NCBI GenBank assembly: GCA_044892525.1 | Contig: CM097885.1 | Coordinates: forward strand, 210,738,001 to 210,802,000 | Source: Schmidtea polychroa | Lineage: Eukaryota | Direction of reading: 5' to 3' | DNA: 64,000 nucleotides | Shown here: positions 1 through 10,632 of the stretch, piece by piece | Layout: each line of letters begins with the position of its first letter | Position numbering within the stretch: the first letter of the stretch is position 1 | The notes under the pieces: model-generated | Database searches by the model: none | What the model was told of the DNA's origin: nothing | What the model saw: the letters and a program-made list of their open reading frames with translations, nothing else | Made by a program: the position numbers and the translations under genes

Positions 1-463
1 GTTATAGAACACAAAGAGCTGAAAAAATATTGAAAGAAGTTTATTGGGAATCGAAGTAAACAGAAAAATAAAAATGTTTTTTTTATAAAATTGTAAATGC
101 AAATCCATTAGAATTATTTTCTATAAAATTTTTATTAATAGCTTAAAATACCGTAACGTAACATGTGAGCCACAATCACGACGACTCGTAATAAAAGATG
201 TCGCAATGTCTTGATTTACCTTCCCTATTGCTATTAAAAAAATTTCAGCAATCATTACGTAACATTATTACAGTAAATAATCAAGACTAAATAATGGTAT
301 ATGAAGCTGGATGTTCCAATTTTTGAATAATTATTTCATTTATGTTTTATAATTGCGATTTTATATTTTATTGCGGTTTTAGATAAATTATAGAATTCTA
401 AGGAGAATTAAGACTCAAACTTACAAAACTTTAACAGAATATTTATTTAACACTTAATTTATT

Positions 464-548
464 AAAAAGTGCTTGAAGACTTTGAATCAGTAAATATATC
501 AACAAACATCGATATATTACTGATTTATAGTCTTCAAGCTCACTTTTT
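464..548. repeat. Short palindromic (fold-back) element, copy 1
   Basis: Left arm aaaaagtgcttgaagactttgaatcagtaaatatatc is an imperfect reverse complement of right arm gatatattactgatttatagtcttcaagctcacttttt; a related copy lies at 38345-38475. Confidence 0.7.
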
Positions 549-1801
549 AATAAATACAATGGAAAAAAAAATTAGTGGTGAAATTGGAAAAAAAGTTCTT
601 ATAATATTAACACTTAATAAATTTATTATTTCCTTTTATTATCAAATTTTCATAATCTCACTAAACTCATATATTCAGATATCCAACTTCAAGGATTTTT
701 TTAATTTTTCATAACTTATTTTTTTGGAAATACCCTTTGAACTATTTTTCCTTGAATATGTTGAAGGTAAAAAATACAGGCCTGACAGTAATATTATGAA
801 ATTTTACCATTTTCAAACCGAAGGCTTATATTTGGATCATAATGAAAAATAATGTAAAATGATTTAGTTTTTTATTCGTCAATAATATGAATATCATCAA
901 ATTCTTCTGTAAGTAATGGATCTTCCTTATGATATGAAAAATAACCTGATCTTAGTACTTCCAAGTATTTTTAAAATTTATTATTTTTCATAAACATGAA
1001 TTCTTTTAATAATCTAATTTAGAACATCATCAAGCGAAGAGTCATATGAAATTCAGAAAGGTTATATTGAGGCTGCGGATTTTATGAATTTATCATGGAA
1101 ATTAAAGAGCATACATTTACCAGAAAATATGGACAGATTAATCCGTGCCTTATGATTTTCAGCTTCATAAAAAAGCATTTCTACTGTTGAATTAATATTT
1201 AACCTTAAGGAATTTTTAAAAAATGATGTGGAATTTATTTCGATTTTCTCAAATATTCTGTGATTTCTCACCTAGCTGCAAGGATTTTTATAATCCGTTT
1301 TGTTTAAGTATAAACATATTTAATAAAACAATTCATAATTCTTTGTTTTATTTCTGGAATTTTAACTCTATTCAAGAGTGATTGAAATAGATCAGTAGTC
1401 CTCGATTAGGAGACAGCAACCCAGGTTAATGATATATTCGAGAATTTTAATAATTTCACATTAAATATATAAGTATATATTTAAAAAATTAAATATTAAT
1501 TAAAAGATTAATTATATAAATTAAATTAACATTTTTAATGTATGAAGTAATCGGTAATTATGTATCGCGTCTGTATGCGCGTTGATTTTTTTATTGTATT
1601 TGCCTGTTAGGGTGCGCACACAGACGCGAGGCAATGAATTTTTTTCCGTTTTATTTTCGAATTTTATATCGATTGTTTTTTGGAATTTAATTGGAGAATA
1701 TTTTGGAAGTTAGTTTTTGTTACAAATGTTTTTGGCAAGTTTTGAAAATAAAGATTTTTTCAAGCCTTTTCTTTTTCTTTTAAAATTTTATGGGAATATA
1801 T

Positions 1802-2140
1802 ATGATAGATCGAGAATATGATTATCAAATCACTGCTTTTTCTCGGGATGATAGTTCATGTCAAGTTGAATACTCAATAAAAGTTGTGGATGATGCTGGT
1901 ACTATTTTCGGAATGATTATGAAGGATGATGAAATAATCATCTCTGAAAAGATTTGTAAAAATAAAGATATTTCATGTGCAGTGGCTGGAATTACGTCAG
2001 ATATTAATATTTTATTAGATAAGATGAAATTAAATGCCTAACGTTATTTGCTAACTTTGCAAGAGTTAATTCCAGTTGATCAATTAACTACACAGATCTG
2101 TCATCTAATCTATGCCCATACTATGCACGGTCGTCGTTAG
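1802..2140 (+). pseudogene. PSMA4: Intronless, decayed proteasome 20S alpha-3 (PSMA4-like) pseudogene
   Basis: Translation EYDYQITAFSRDDSSCQVEY..AGTIFGM..ISEKICKNKDISCAVAGITSDINIL..KLNA*RYLLTLQELIPVDQL..HGRR* aligns by eye to PSMA4 [73 protein letters not shown]..; stops at 2039-2041 and 2138-2140, an internal deletion of about 20 codons, no introns. Confidence 0.85.
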
Positions 2141-3763
2141 GCGACCTATAAAAGGATGATAAAATGCGCTGTGGATATTCGCACATTTATATGGCAATAC
2201 TGTTTCATCGGAGATTTCAACTTTGGTTCAAATTTCAGTGAAAAATAATAAATTTATAAATGAAAAAAATTAATAAATGAAATGCATAAAGAATGAAATC
2301 TGTCCTTTTGAAAATATCAATATTTGACATTGAAAAACTCCTCTAATATACTGAGTGTTTCAATAATATTGTAAAAATAGTTTTTTATTTGAAATAAATT
2401 ATTGGAAGATTACTATTTTATGGACATGACAAATAAAATATTCACGATAGCTGAAAAGATNNNNNNNNNNNNNNNNNNNNNNNNNNNNNNNNNNNNNNNN
2501 NNNNNNNNNNNNNNNNNNNNNNNNNNNNNNNNNNNNNNNNNNNNNNNNNNNNNNNNNNNNNNNNNNNNNNNNNNNNNNNNNNNNNNNNNNNNNNNNNNNN
2601 NNNNNNNNNNNAATTTAAAATTTAAGTCCTATTAAAAAATAGAAAATTTAAATTTTACAGAAATTTCTAAGTGATTAAAACAGTTGGGTTCAATTAATTT
2701 TATTTTGTAATTTTGGTAAAAAAATTAATGACTCATTTTAATTATTACTTCAAGAATTCTGACGGTATACAAAAAAACTCTCAAAAATAAATGATATTTC
2801 TATCTCAACCACAAAAATATCGGGAAAGAGTATTGCTTACACATATATTCAACTGTTTTAGTAATAGATATGTAAATATTAGACATGAGTTAACTAGTCA
2901 TTTTAATAATGACCAAAAATATATTGAAACATTTGATATCATTAAAGAACTAATATTTCAATTTTATTCATAATAGATTATTGTTGGTATTTAAGGGATG
3001 TGTTGTTTAAATATTTTAGGGGCGATGATAAATTTATCATCAACTCATTCCTATAACCATTCAAGTTGGTAGTGTACATAATGGCTGAAAATCAATAAGC
3101 AGTCGAGCTTCATTATTATAACTACTCTTTGCATTCTCAATTTCGGGTTCATGACTGCTGATGTCGTTCCTTTCAATGTTAATTATTTGGATTAATTCTC
3201 TATTGATGCTCTTTTTCACATGGTCCGCATTAATGAATGTTAATGAATGTTCTTATCTTTCAAATTTTTGTGCAAGTATCATATGAATTTCAAAAGTTTA
3301 GGTAGCGTTCCACCTTAGCATTTGACATATCTTTCTTAATTCGACTGCATTTTTATTCCCCTTGAAATCGTTAAGCAGCGTTTCACCCATTCAGAAATTA
3401 GTTTTGGTTCCAAACAACCTTCAAATATAAGACCTTAACTTTTGACTTAGATGTAATACTTTAGCTTTTGTAATTATCAAACAATGAAAGTTATAGCATA
3501 AACAGTTGTAGCTAGATTTGAAAATAAAGAAATTACTAAATCAAGAGATATATTAACATTAAAAGCAAAAATATCTTTAAAGAAATGAAGAAAACATTGA
3601 CCAAAATTGTCAAAATGGTTTTTGGTATTTAGGGTGTAAGTGGAATTTCACCAACGATTTGTTATACAATATATGTAATTGAAAAATAATTTATACAAGA
3701 AATTGAAAGAAATTTGGCGAATACCACAAGATTAATAGCTGTTAAATTAAGTAGAAAAATTAA

Positions 3764-3765
<2 letters not shown>

Positions 3766-3811
<46 letters not shown>
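3766..3811. repeat. (ATT)n microsatellite
   Basis: Direct reading of tandem ATT. Confidence 0.95.
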
Positions 3812-3812
<1 letters not shown>

Positions 3813-4031
3813 GTATTTATTAAACAAATTGACTATGAATCATTAAAAATATCGATGTTTCTTGATATTCATGAATTTTCAGCNNNNNNNNNNNNNNNNN
3901 NNNNNNNNNNNNNNNNNNNNNNNNNNNNNNNNNNNNNNNNNNNNNNNNNNNNNNNNNNNNNNNNNNNNNNNNNNNNNNNNNNNNNNNNNNNNNNNNNNNN
4001 NNNNNNNNNNNNNNNNNNNNNNNNNNNNNNN

Positions 4032-5019
4032 GGACTACAGATCTTAACACAAATGACTCCAATAAATTAATTAAGATAAATAAATAAAAATAAATATAAA
4101 TAAGTTATATTTAAATGTGGTTGCGCGTCTAAATGTTCAAATCACTGAATTAAAAACAAAAACTCCTTTCTCTTTTTATAAAAATGTATTTTATAATTTA
4201 CAAATGAACTTTATAATATATGTACAAAGAGTACAAGAAAACGGATTTATTAATCCTTACTGTTTACCACAGCCTGCAAGAAATCGATGGCTCCTTTGTA
4301 GCACAACGATCGCTAAATAAATTGAAAAGATGATGGTAAAGCAAGAGGGCTGATTTTGGGGCCACCAGGTAACACGAAAGCCGCTATCTGTGCTTTGTGT
4401 TCGCTTTATTTTAACTGTCTCACTTCACAAGGATAATTATTTATCCTTACACAACTCGAATACTAAACTTCTTTTACCTTCTAGATTGATGGCTCCTTTT
4501 CCGTCTTTCTTTGTTTCACGATTCTGTTCAAATTTTTCTCCAGAAATATTCTCGCTCTCTTTCTTGTTTGTTCGGTTTGACAATTTATAGTCACTTTTCA
4601 AGTTTGAAATTGATCTGGAATTTGAGTTGGATTGTCGTCTGGTTGTTTGATGATCACAGTGATTCTTTAATCACGTTTTCTTTAAAAATAATAATAATTT
4701 TCTAAATTATTGTTTCAATTGTTTTTCCCACTTTCTTGCCAGTTTTCTTGTCCGCAAGTTATCGTCAATTTTATCGTCCCTTGGTTCTCGTTTTGAACCA
4801 GTATTTATATTACATTTTAATTAATTATTATCTTAATAGCAATTTTATAATTACTATATATAGTAATAGTATTATCAAATATTCCTATATATTACTTAAT
4901 TCTATTAATAGTAATTAATAAAACCTATCTTTTATTTTCAGTAATTTTTATTTATACTATTTCTAATTTTAGTAATTTTTATTTATTTAATCAACAAGGC
5001 TCCAGGCCTATCCCTAACA
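4032..5019 (-). repeat. 3' LTR (outer ~19 nt hidden in N run)
   Basis: Matches 18120-19160 except for two substitutions I could find and a 72-bp indel; on the element strand it begins TGTTAGGGAT at 5019. Confidence 0.95.
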
Positions 5020-5036
5020 AGTCTTACCCCCTAAAA
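5020..5036 (-). promoter_or_regulatory. Polypurine tract (plus-strand primer site)
   Basis: Element strand reads ttttAGGGGGTAAGAct immediately before the TG of the 3' LTR. Confidence 0.75.
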
Positions 5037-5346
5037 GATTTTCGTCTCGAAAACAAGACAAAACCAAGACCAAAGAAAAGCAATTGGTAAACAGTATTAC
5101 AATAAAACATAAAAATTATCAAATAAGACAAAACACAAAAATAAATGTTTCAGATCACAAATAATGAATGTCAAAACACAATAACACAAATCATAATAGT
5201 TAAGTCATTTTGTACACATTTGAATTTGACGACACGTGTTGGGTGGCAACACTCTCAGATTAGATATCCAGATCATCGGGATCTGGGTCGGGAACTTTGT
5301 AAAGGTGCAGCTCCTTTGTGCTGTAGCTATTCACAACGACGTATTG

Positions 5347-5997
5347 CTACAACAACTTCTTTTTTCTCTTCTGCAAGACTTCTGGCTCAAAACTCACTGC
5401 CAAGGGTTTACCATCCAGAGCACTCGTTAGTATGACTGTAGACACTACGTAAGGGATCCCGTCTACGTCATACACATCATATTTTTGATTATTATTGACT
5501 GCCATTCTCGTGACTGGTTGGCAGTCATACTCCTTCGTTCTGGGTTTCCATTTACTATCCGGACGTTTGTACCATATTGTTTCGAAACCGTCCACATCAA
5601 CCGAAACTGGTTTCTTGATGATATTCTCCTTGGCAATCTTGAACATTTTCTGTCTAACCACAGGTTCAGATTTAACCTTTATTGCTTCCTGCATCTCCTT
5701 AACTGGAGGTTGAAAGGCAACTTCCATAATGTCATCATCTGGTTCGCTGAATATCTTTTGAGGTTTATTATTCTTATCCTCCAAACTGCTGGGTGTTTCT
5801 TTTGTCGTTCCTTCCGACGGTTTAACAACTTTCTTCAACTTTAACTTCGACTTGTCTCTTTTTATGGGTAACATTTTCTTTAACATCTTTTTCACCTTGC
5901 CTCCTTCTGGATTTTCTTTTCTGACCGCACTATCCGATTTATCCTTTGGCTGATAGGCAGCTCCCGATGATTGTTTAGGTGATTTCGCTGTCTCCAT
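5347..5997 (-). CDS. Retroelement accessory ORF, 216 aa, Lys-rich, C-terminal NLS-like QKRKKKLL; function unknown
   Basis: Open ORF on the element strand between the exonuclease ORF and the 3' UTR; no family recognised. Confidence 0.6.
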   Translation of the reverse strand: METAKSPKQSSGAAYQPKDKSDSAVRKENPEGGKVKKMLKKMLPIKRDKSKLKLKKVVKPSEGTTKETPSSLEDKNNKPQKIFSEPDDDIMEVAFQPPVKEMQEAIKVKSEPVVRQKMFKIAKENIIKKPVSVDVDGFETIWYKRPDSKWKPRTKEYDCQPVTRMAVNNNQKYDVYDVDGIPYVVSTVILTSALDGKPLAVSFEPEVLQKRKKKLL

Positions 5998-6001
5998 TTC
6001 A

Positions 6002-7534
6002 CTAGCACATAGATATAGCTGGAGGTGGTAGATCCACAGGTGATTTTCTCTTAGGCTGTGGTTGTTCTGATGTAGATGGTTGCTCGGGTAATCTCCTCTT
6101 TTGCGTCATTTCCTGCTCAACTATTGCTGCTGTAGTTGCAGAAATGAATTCCTCCTGGGGTATCGTGATATGGTCTAACCATTCGTTTCTGATATGTAAA
6201 TAAACAGCACGTATTGCCAGTGCCTCATTGGTGACCACTAAATTCCTTGGTTCTCCGGGAACCGTACGTAGGAAAGTCTTTGTCAAGAATCCCAATCTGT
6301 AATGACCATGAATCTTTGGGACCCCTCTGGTTTCCAATAGTTTATTTGCAGAAAGATCACGAATACCCAATATTCGCTGCACTGGTAGATTGGCTACCGA
6401 GATCAGATCTTTAAGTAAAATAACTACAAGTATTTTCTTATCACAGATCTTTCTTATCAGATGATAACAATCGTCTTCGTCTAGGTTTCCTCTGATATCA
6501 GGTTCCTTTAACTTGTATTGGTGCGTTTGGTAGTGTTTTACAGGGTCTCTGGGAGTCACTACCGCACTCAATAAATTATTTCCTCTCATATCCATAATTG
6601 CGATTTGGATAATTGTCTCCTTCAATTCGATTCGGGATTTGGCAAAACCTGCCGATATGAAAATTGTAGCCTCGTCCTCCTCGGCTTTGGTTAACTTCTT
6701 CCTCACAAATGATTTACATTGCTGTATATCAGCTTCATTTACATTATAAATCCAAGTTGGCTCGTTTTTGCTAACTATAGAGTATGGTTTCCTGAAGTCT
6801 AAGATTTCCACTACGATTATGGTGTCCACCACCGCTGCCTGGATCATAATATTCCGTTCTCGTCCATCAGCGTGGTATATCTCCAGAGTACACTGTTTTT
6901 CTAATTCAACAGGTAGCTCTAAACCCGTCATAAACACAGTAAATGGCCTATTGATCGCATGGATCCAAATGTTTTCTACTTTCGGACATGAACCATACTC
7001 TCTACATAGTTCCCCCAATTTTAATCTACCTTGGTTATTTATAACCGTTACCATCATTTGCCTTGGAGGCCCTCCTGGGAATTTGAAGTCGTTTGGAATA
7101 TCCACTCTCCTGGGATAATACCAATAGTTTGAGGTGAGGTGATTCATCTTTGCTGCTACCGTGGTTCCGATGAACCGATATACATACTCTTCTTTATAGG
7201 TGCTATACACTTCAGTTTCGACTCGAGTTTGGGAATTGTAAGTTGCCAATGGGTGTCGTCGATTTGCTTTGACTGGCGGCTTTGATTCTCTGTTATAATT
7301 CATTTTTCTAAAAATAAAATAATTAACAGCTTTTATCACTTCCGTGATAGACCCTCGCAGGGTAACCAAAGTCGACATACGCTGATGTCTGATTTTACCG
7401 ATGCTCATTTGAGCCCACATTAGTCTACATACTAATATAAATAACATATAAAATAAATAGCTATATATATTTACACTTCCTAGTATATGGTGAGACTTTC
7501 TCCCTATACCTCGGTTTCGTAAATATTTTCCCAA
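6002..7534 (-). CDS. Accessory ORF with an unknown N-terminal domain and a REX4/ISG20-like DEDDh exonuclease domain (about 6170-6672), catalytically degenerate
   Basis: QIAIMDMRGNNLLSAVVTPRDPVKHYQTHQYKLKEPDIRG..IRKICDKKILV..KDL..IRDL..YRLGFLTKTFL..NEALAIRAVYLHIRNEW parallels REX4 RVSIVN..G..YDKYVKPTEPVTDYRTAVSGIRPENL..VAEMLKGRILV..NDL..IRDT..PSLRLLSEKIL..QDAQAAMRLY..KKEW; ExoI DxE appears as ISA. Confidence 0.75.
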   Translation of the reverse strand: MGKYLRNRGIGRKSHHILGSVNIYSYLFYMLFILVCRLMWAQMSIGKIRHQRMSTLVTLRGSITEVIKAVNYFIFRKMNYNRESKPPVKANRRHPLATYNSQTRVETEVYSTYKEEYVYRFIGTTVAAKMNHLTSNYWYYPRRVDIPNDFKFPGGPPRQMMVTVINNQGRLKLGELCREYGSCPKVENIWIHAINRPFTVFMTGLELPVELEKQCTLEIYHADGRERNIMIQAAVVDTIIVVEILDFRKPYSIVSKNEPTWIYNVNEADIQQCKSFVRKKLTKAEEDEATIFISAGFAKSRIELKETIIQIAIMDMRGNNLLSAVVTPRDPVKHYQTHQYKLKEPDIRGNLDEDDCYHLIRKICDKKILVVILLKDLISVANLPVQRILGIRDLSANKLLETRGVPKIHGHYRLGFLTKTFLRTVPGEPRNLVVTNEALAIRAVYLHIRNEWLDHITIPQEEFISATTAAIVEQEMTQKRRLPEQPSTSEQPQPKRKSPVDLPPPAISMC

Positions 7535-7941
7535 TAACGAATATCCCGTATGTTTAATCTAAACATCCAAAGGGTGGCTAATATCAAAATTAAAATCATG
7601 CAAATTACTCCCCCTATCATAATTAACAATAGCCATGTTGGCGTTTTATCTCTTGTTGTCCCCTTTAACGTATTTTGACAACTACAATTATTAATTATTT
7701 TAGTTATGCGGGGCTGTTTTACACTCGCTACCTTTCTAATACTGAACCAATCCAAAGCATTTATTCCTTTACAACCAGGAATACTCACTAACCTAGCCTT
7801 TCCTTCTTTGCTAGTTAGTTCTCCCTTTGTGGGAGGTAATAGATTTACTATTTCTTGATATATTGTATACCAACCGGTTTCTCCGTAAATTCCAAATACG
7901 AAATATTCGCCTTTGTCACGGTATCTGGTTTGATTGTCCAT
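7504..7941 (-). CDS. C-terminal part of a single-pass membrane protein (TM WLLLIMIGGVICMILILILATLWMF; tail ends ENIYETEV)
   Basis: Strong hydrophobic segment. The reading frame downstream of the TAG at 8067-8069 stays open to about 7850 and can join this ORF by +1 A at 7943-7946. Confidence 0.65.
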   Translation of the reverse strand: MDNQTRYRDKGEYFVFGIYGETGWYTIYQEIVNLLPPTKGELTSKEGKARLVSIPGCKGINALDWFSIRKVASVKQPRITKIINNCSCQNTLKGTTRDKTPTWLLLIMIGGVICMILILILATLWMFRLNIRDIRYWENIYETEV

Positions 7942-8066
7942 CTTTTACTTAGATACGCATGGTTGAGCACTAATCTCTCGACTTGCTGGTCATTTTCTAA
8001 TATGACGATTAACGCAATTTTATTATTCGTCCTCCAATCGTGAGTGGAAGATGTATCATTTCTTTT

Positions 8067-9482
8067 CTACTGTGGATGAGTAAATCTAACTATCTGCCCG
8101 AGATATGAAATCTCTACTTTTTTGGTAAATTTTGCAGTCTTCAAAATCCATGCTGCTTTATCTACACAATCTCCTCCATCTGCAAAAACGTTTGGGTCTG
8201 CAAAGAATGTCTTGATTTCTAATAGATAACTTGTATTCGGCATAAGTCCCTCTATTACTTTTACTCGATCCCGTGTATTCAAGTGAAATGATATCCCTCT
8301 TTCAGCAGCTACCAAATATAAATCATATCTGTGCCATTGTATATTCGTTAAATGAAATCTGAATGCTCTATCTGTTCGTTGGTATTCGATATCTGGATGT
8401 TGACTGGCTTTAGGTGTAAATACCTCGAATGCTTGTCCAATCATCATGACACAACTAATCACAGCTAGAAATGTAACTGTTTTCGGGATTTGCCGAGATC
8501 GTAAAGGGTATCGTTCCGGTTGTCCCTTTAGGATACTTTTATATGATTCTAACGTTTTCTTTTTCGATTTCTTATCTATTTCGAATTCATCAATATCGGA
8601 TTTTGGTTTCTCCTTTTCTGGTGGAGCTATCCTTTTACATCTGTTTGCATGAACCATAATCGGTTCTGCTTTTCTGTTTGCTACTAACTGCAAGACTAAA
8701 TTGGTTTCTGTAACTTTCAATATTTGATACGGCCCTTTGTAATTTCTCATTAATTTTGGAGATAAACCTTTTTTGTTGTAATGTCCTTCTAACATGACAT
8801 AATCTCCTACCAAAAACCCATGATCCTTCGCTTTACGATCATGATATTCTTTCATTGTTTCTTGGTTATAACGAATGTTCAAACCTGCTTTCTCCCAGGC
8901 TTCTTGCATTCTCTCTCTCATCTCGAATAAGTAATTTCCTTCGTCACAATTCTGTGAAGCTTTCGGATAAAATATAAGATCCACTGGCATCTTGCTATGC
9001 CTTAAATACATCAGATAGAAAGGTGTTTCTCCCGTTACTGAATGAACAGCATTTCTATACGCAGATAAACATGATGGTATGTGTACATCCCAGTCCGTCT
9101 GACCTGAGTTTACGTATGATGATAACATGTTTGCCAAGGTTCCATTGAACCTTTCTACCAATCCATCCGTCTGTGGGTGGTATGGTGAGGTATTTAATTT
9201 TAAAATACCAAAGTAGTCATTTATACTCTTTAACAGATTACTCATGAAATCCTTTCCTCTGTCGGTAAGTAATTTTGTTGGAACACCATATCTGAATACA
9301 ATTTGTTCTACAAAGATTCTGGCAATTGTGTCTGCCTTATGATTCGGAATTGGGAATGCTTCGGGCCACTTGGTTAAGTAATCGCAAAATACTATGATAA
9401 ATTTATTTCCCATCTTTGATTCTTTAAACGGTCCTAGTACGTCCATAGCAGTCATCTCCATTGGCGAGGACGGTACTGGCAT
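8067..9482 (-). CDS. pol: Integrase core plus GPY/F, followed in frame by a signal-peptide-like segment and an FN3-like domain
   Basis: AMDVLGP / LTDRGKDF / DGLVERFN (DDE), YKGPYQI, RYPLRSR; then TVTFLAVISCVMMIGQA and VIEGLMPNTSYLLEIKT (FN3 strand E-F signature like ITGLKPGTEYEVRV). Confidence 0.92.
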   Translation of the reverse strand: MPVPSSPMEMTAMDVLGPFKESKMGNKFIIVFCDYLTKWPEAFPIPNHKADTIARIFVEQIVFRYGVPTKLLTDRGKDFMSNLLKSINDYFGILKLNTSPYHPQTDGLVERFNGTLANMLSSYVNSGQTDWDVHIPSCLSAYRNAVHSVTGETPFYLMYLRHSKMPVDLIFYPKASQNCDEGNYLFEMRERMQEAWEKAGLNIRYNQETMKEYHDRKAKDHGFLVGDYVMLEGHYNKKGLSPKLMRNYKGPYQILKVTETNLVLQLVANRKAEPIMVHANRCKRIAPPEKEKPKSDIDEFEIDKKSKKKTLESYKSILKGQPERYPLRSRQIPKTVTFLAVISCVMMIGQAFEVFTPKASQHPDIEYQRTDRAFRFHLTNIQWHRYDLYLVAAERGISFHLNTRDRVKVIEGLMPNTSYLLEIKTFFADPNVFADGGDCVDKAAWILKTAKFTKKVEISYLGQIVRFTHPQ

Positions 9483-10632
9483 TGGTTTTAATGGAACATG
9501 CGGTTTCCTGCCTGTGTTTTCTGGTTATACATATCTTACACGATTGACACCACTTTTTAACATCATCTTTCATATCTGGCCAGAAGTATTTCATTTTTAA
9601 TCTTGACAGTGTATGTCTAGCTGAGAGATGTCCTCCCAGTGCTCCATCGTGGTATTGTAATAATAGTGATTCTCTGTATTTCTTTGGTACTAATATTACA
9701 TTATCCCTTGATTCAACGTATTTGATTAGACCTTCTTCCAATATGAATTTATCTTTATGTTTCTCCCAATATTTCTGAAATTCATTTGGTATGGCCTTTG
9801 CTTCTATAGCTTGTCTGATCATATTGATTTCGTCATCATTTTTCTGTGCTTCTACTAAATCGCTCAAAGTGTTAGCCTCTCTTGTTAGCATGAAGATTGT
9901 TCCTTCTAATCTTCCTTCATATATATCTTCTAACTCAGGCTCTTGCTCCATTCGTGATAATGCATCTGCATTACCATTAGCTTTACCTTTACGATATACA
10001 ATTTCGATATTATATGGCTGTAATCTCAATGCCCATCTGACTAACTTTGATGCTTCATCTCTATGTTTTAACAGCCATTGCAATGGTCTATGATCTGTAT
10101 AGAAAATTACCTTTCTACCCCATAGGTAATGACTAAATTTTTCCACTACAAATACTAACGCTAATGCTTCCAATTCTATTACAGCATAACTTTTTTCGTG
10201 TGGTTTCAATCCACGACTTGCATATGCTACTGCGTATTCATCGCCAATTTCGTCTTTCTGTCCCAAAACTGCACCTATACCTCTTGTGCATGCATCGGTC
10301 ATCACCATGAATTGTCTTTTAAAATCTGGAAATCGTAGAATTGGTGGTTTGCATAGTGCATCTTTTAACTTATCGAATGCCTGTTGCTGATCTTCTCCCC
10401 ATAAAAATTTTATACCTTTCTTTTCTAAGGTAGTTAAAGGAAAAGCTATTGCTGAAAAATTTCGTATAAATTTCCGATAATATCCCGTCAACCCTAAAAA
10501 TCCTTTGATTTGTTTCACATTCACTGGTTGTGGGAAATTCTTCACTTTATCCGTATTTGCCGGATCTGTTCTTACGCAATCGTGTGATATTAAATGCCCC
10601 ACGCAAATCACTTCCGATTCTGCCATTTGCAT
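9424..10632 (-). CDS. pol: RT thumb/connection, RNase H and integrase HHCC zinc finger
   Basis: GFLGLTGYYRKFI, TDACTRGIGAVL, ELEALAL, YTDHRPL, NADALSR, HDGALGGHL..CQSCKIC. Confidence 0.95.
   Translation of the reverse strand: MQMAESEVICVGHLISHDCVRTDPANTDKVKNFPQPVNVKQIKGFLGLTGYYRKFIRNFSAIAFPLTTLEKKGIKFLWGEDQQQAFDKLKDALCKPPILRFPDFKRQFMVMTDACTRGIGAVLGQKDEIGDEYAVAYASRGLKPHEKSYAVIELEALALVFVVEKFSHYLWGRKVIFYTDHRPLQWLLKHRDEASKLVRWALRLQPYNIEIVYRKGKANGNADALSRMEQEPELEDIYEGRLEGTIFMLTREANTLSDLVEAQKNDDEINMIRQAIEAKAIPNEFQKYWEKHKDKFILEEGLIKYVESRDNVILVPKKYRESLLLQYHDGALGGHLSARHTLSRLKMKYFWPDMKDDVKKWCQSCKICITRKHRQETACSIKTNASTVLANGDDCYGRTRTV

Noticed and set aside
1062-1271. Minus-strand ORF/exon candidate
   Set aside because: Plausible splice sites but no recognisable protein similarity.
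3050-3420. Coding-like minus-strand segment with RWNAT and CGPC-like words
   Set aside because: Multiple stops; motifs are too short to assign (possibly hAT debris).
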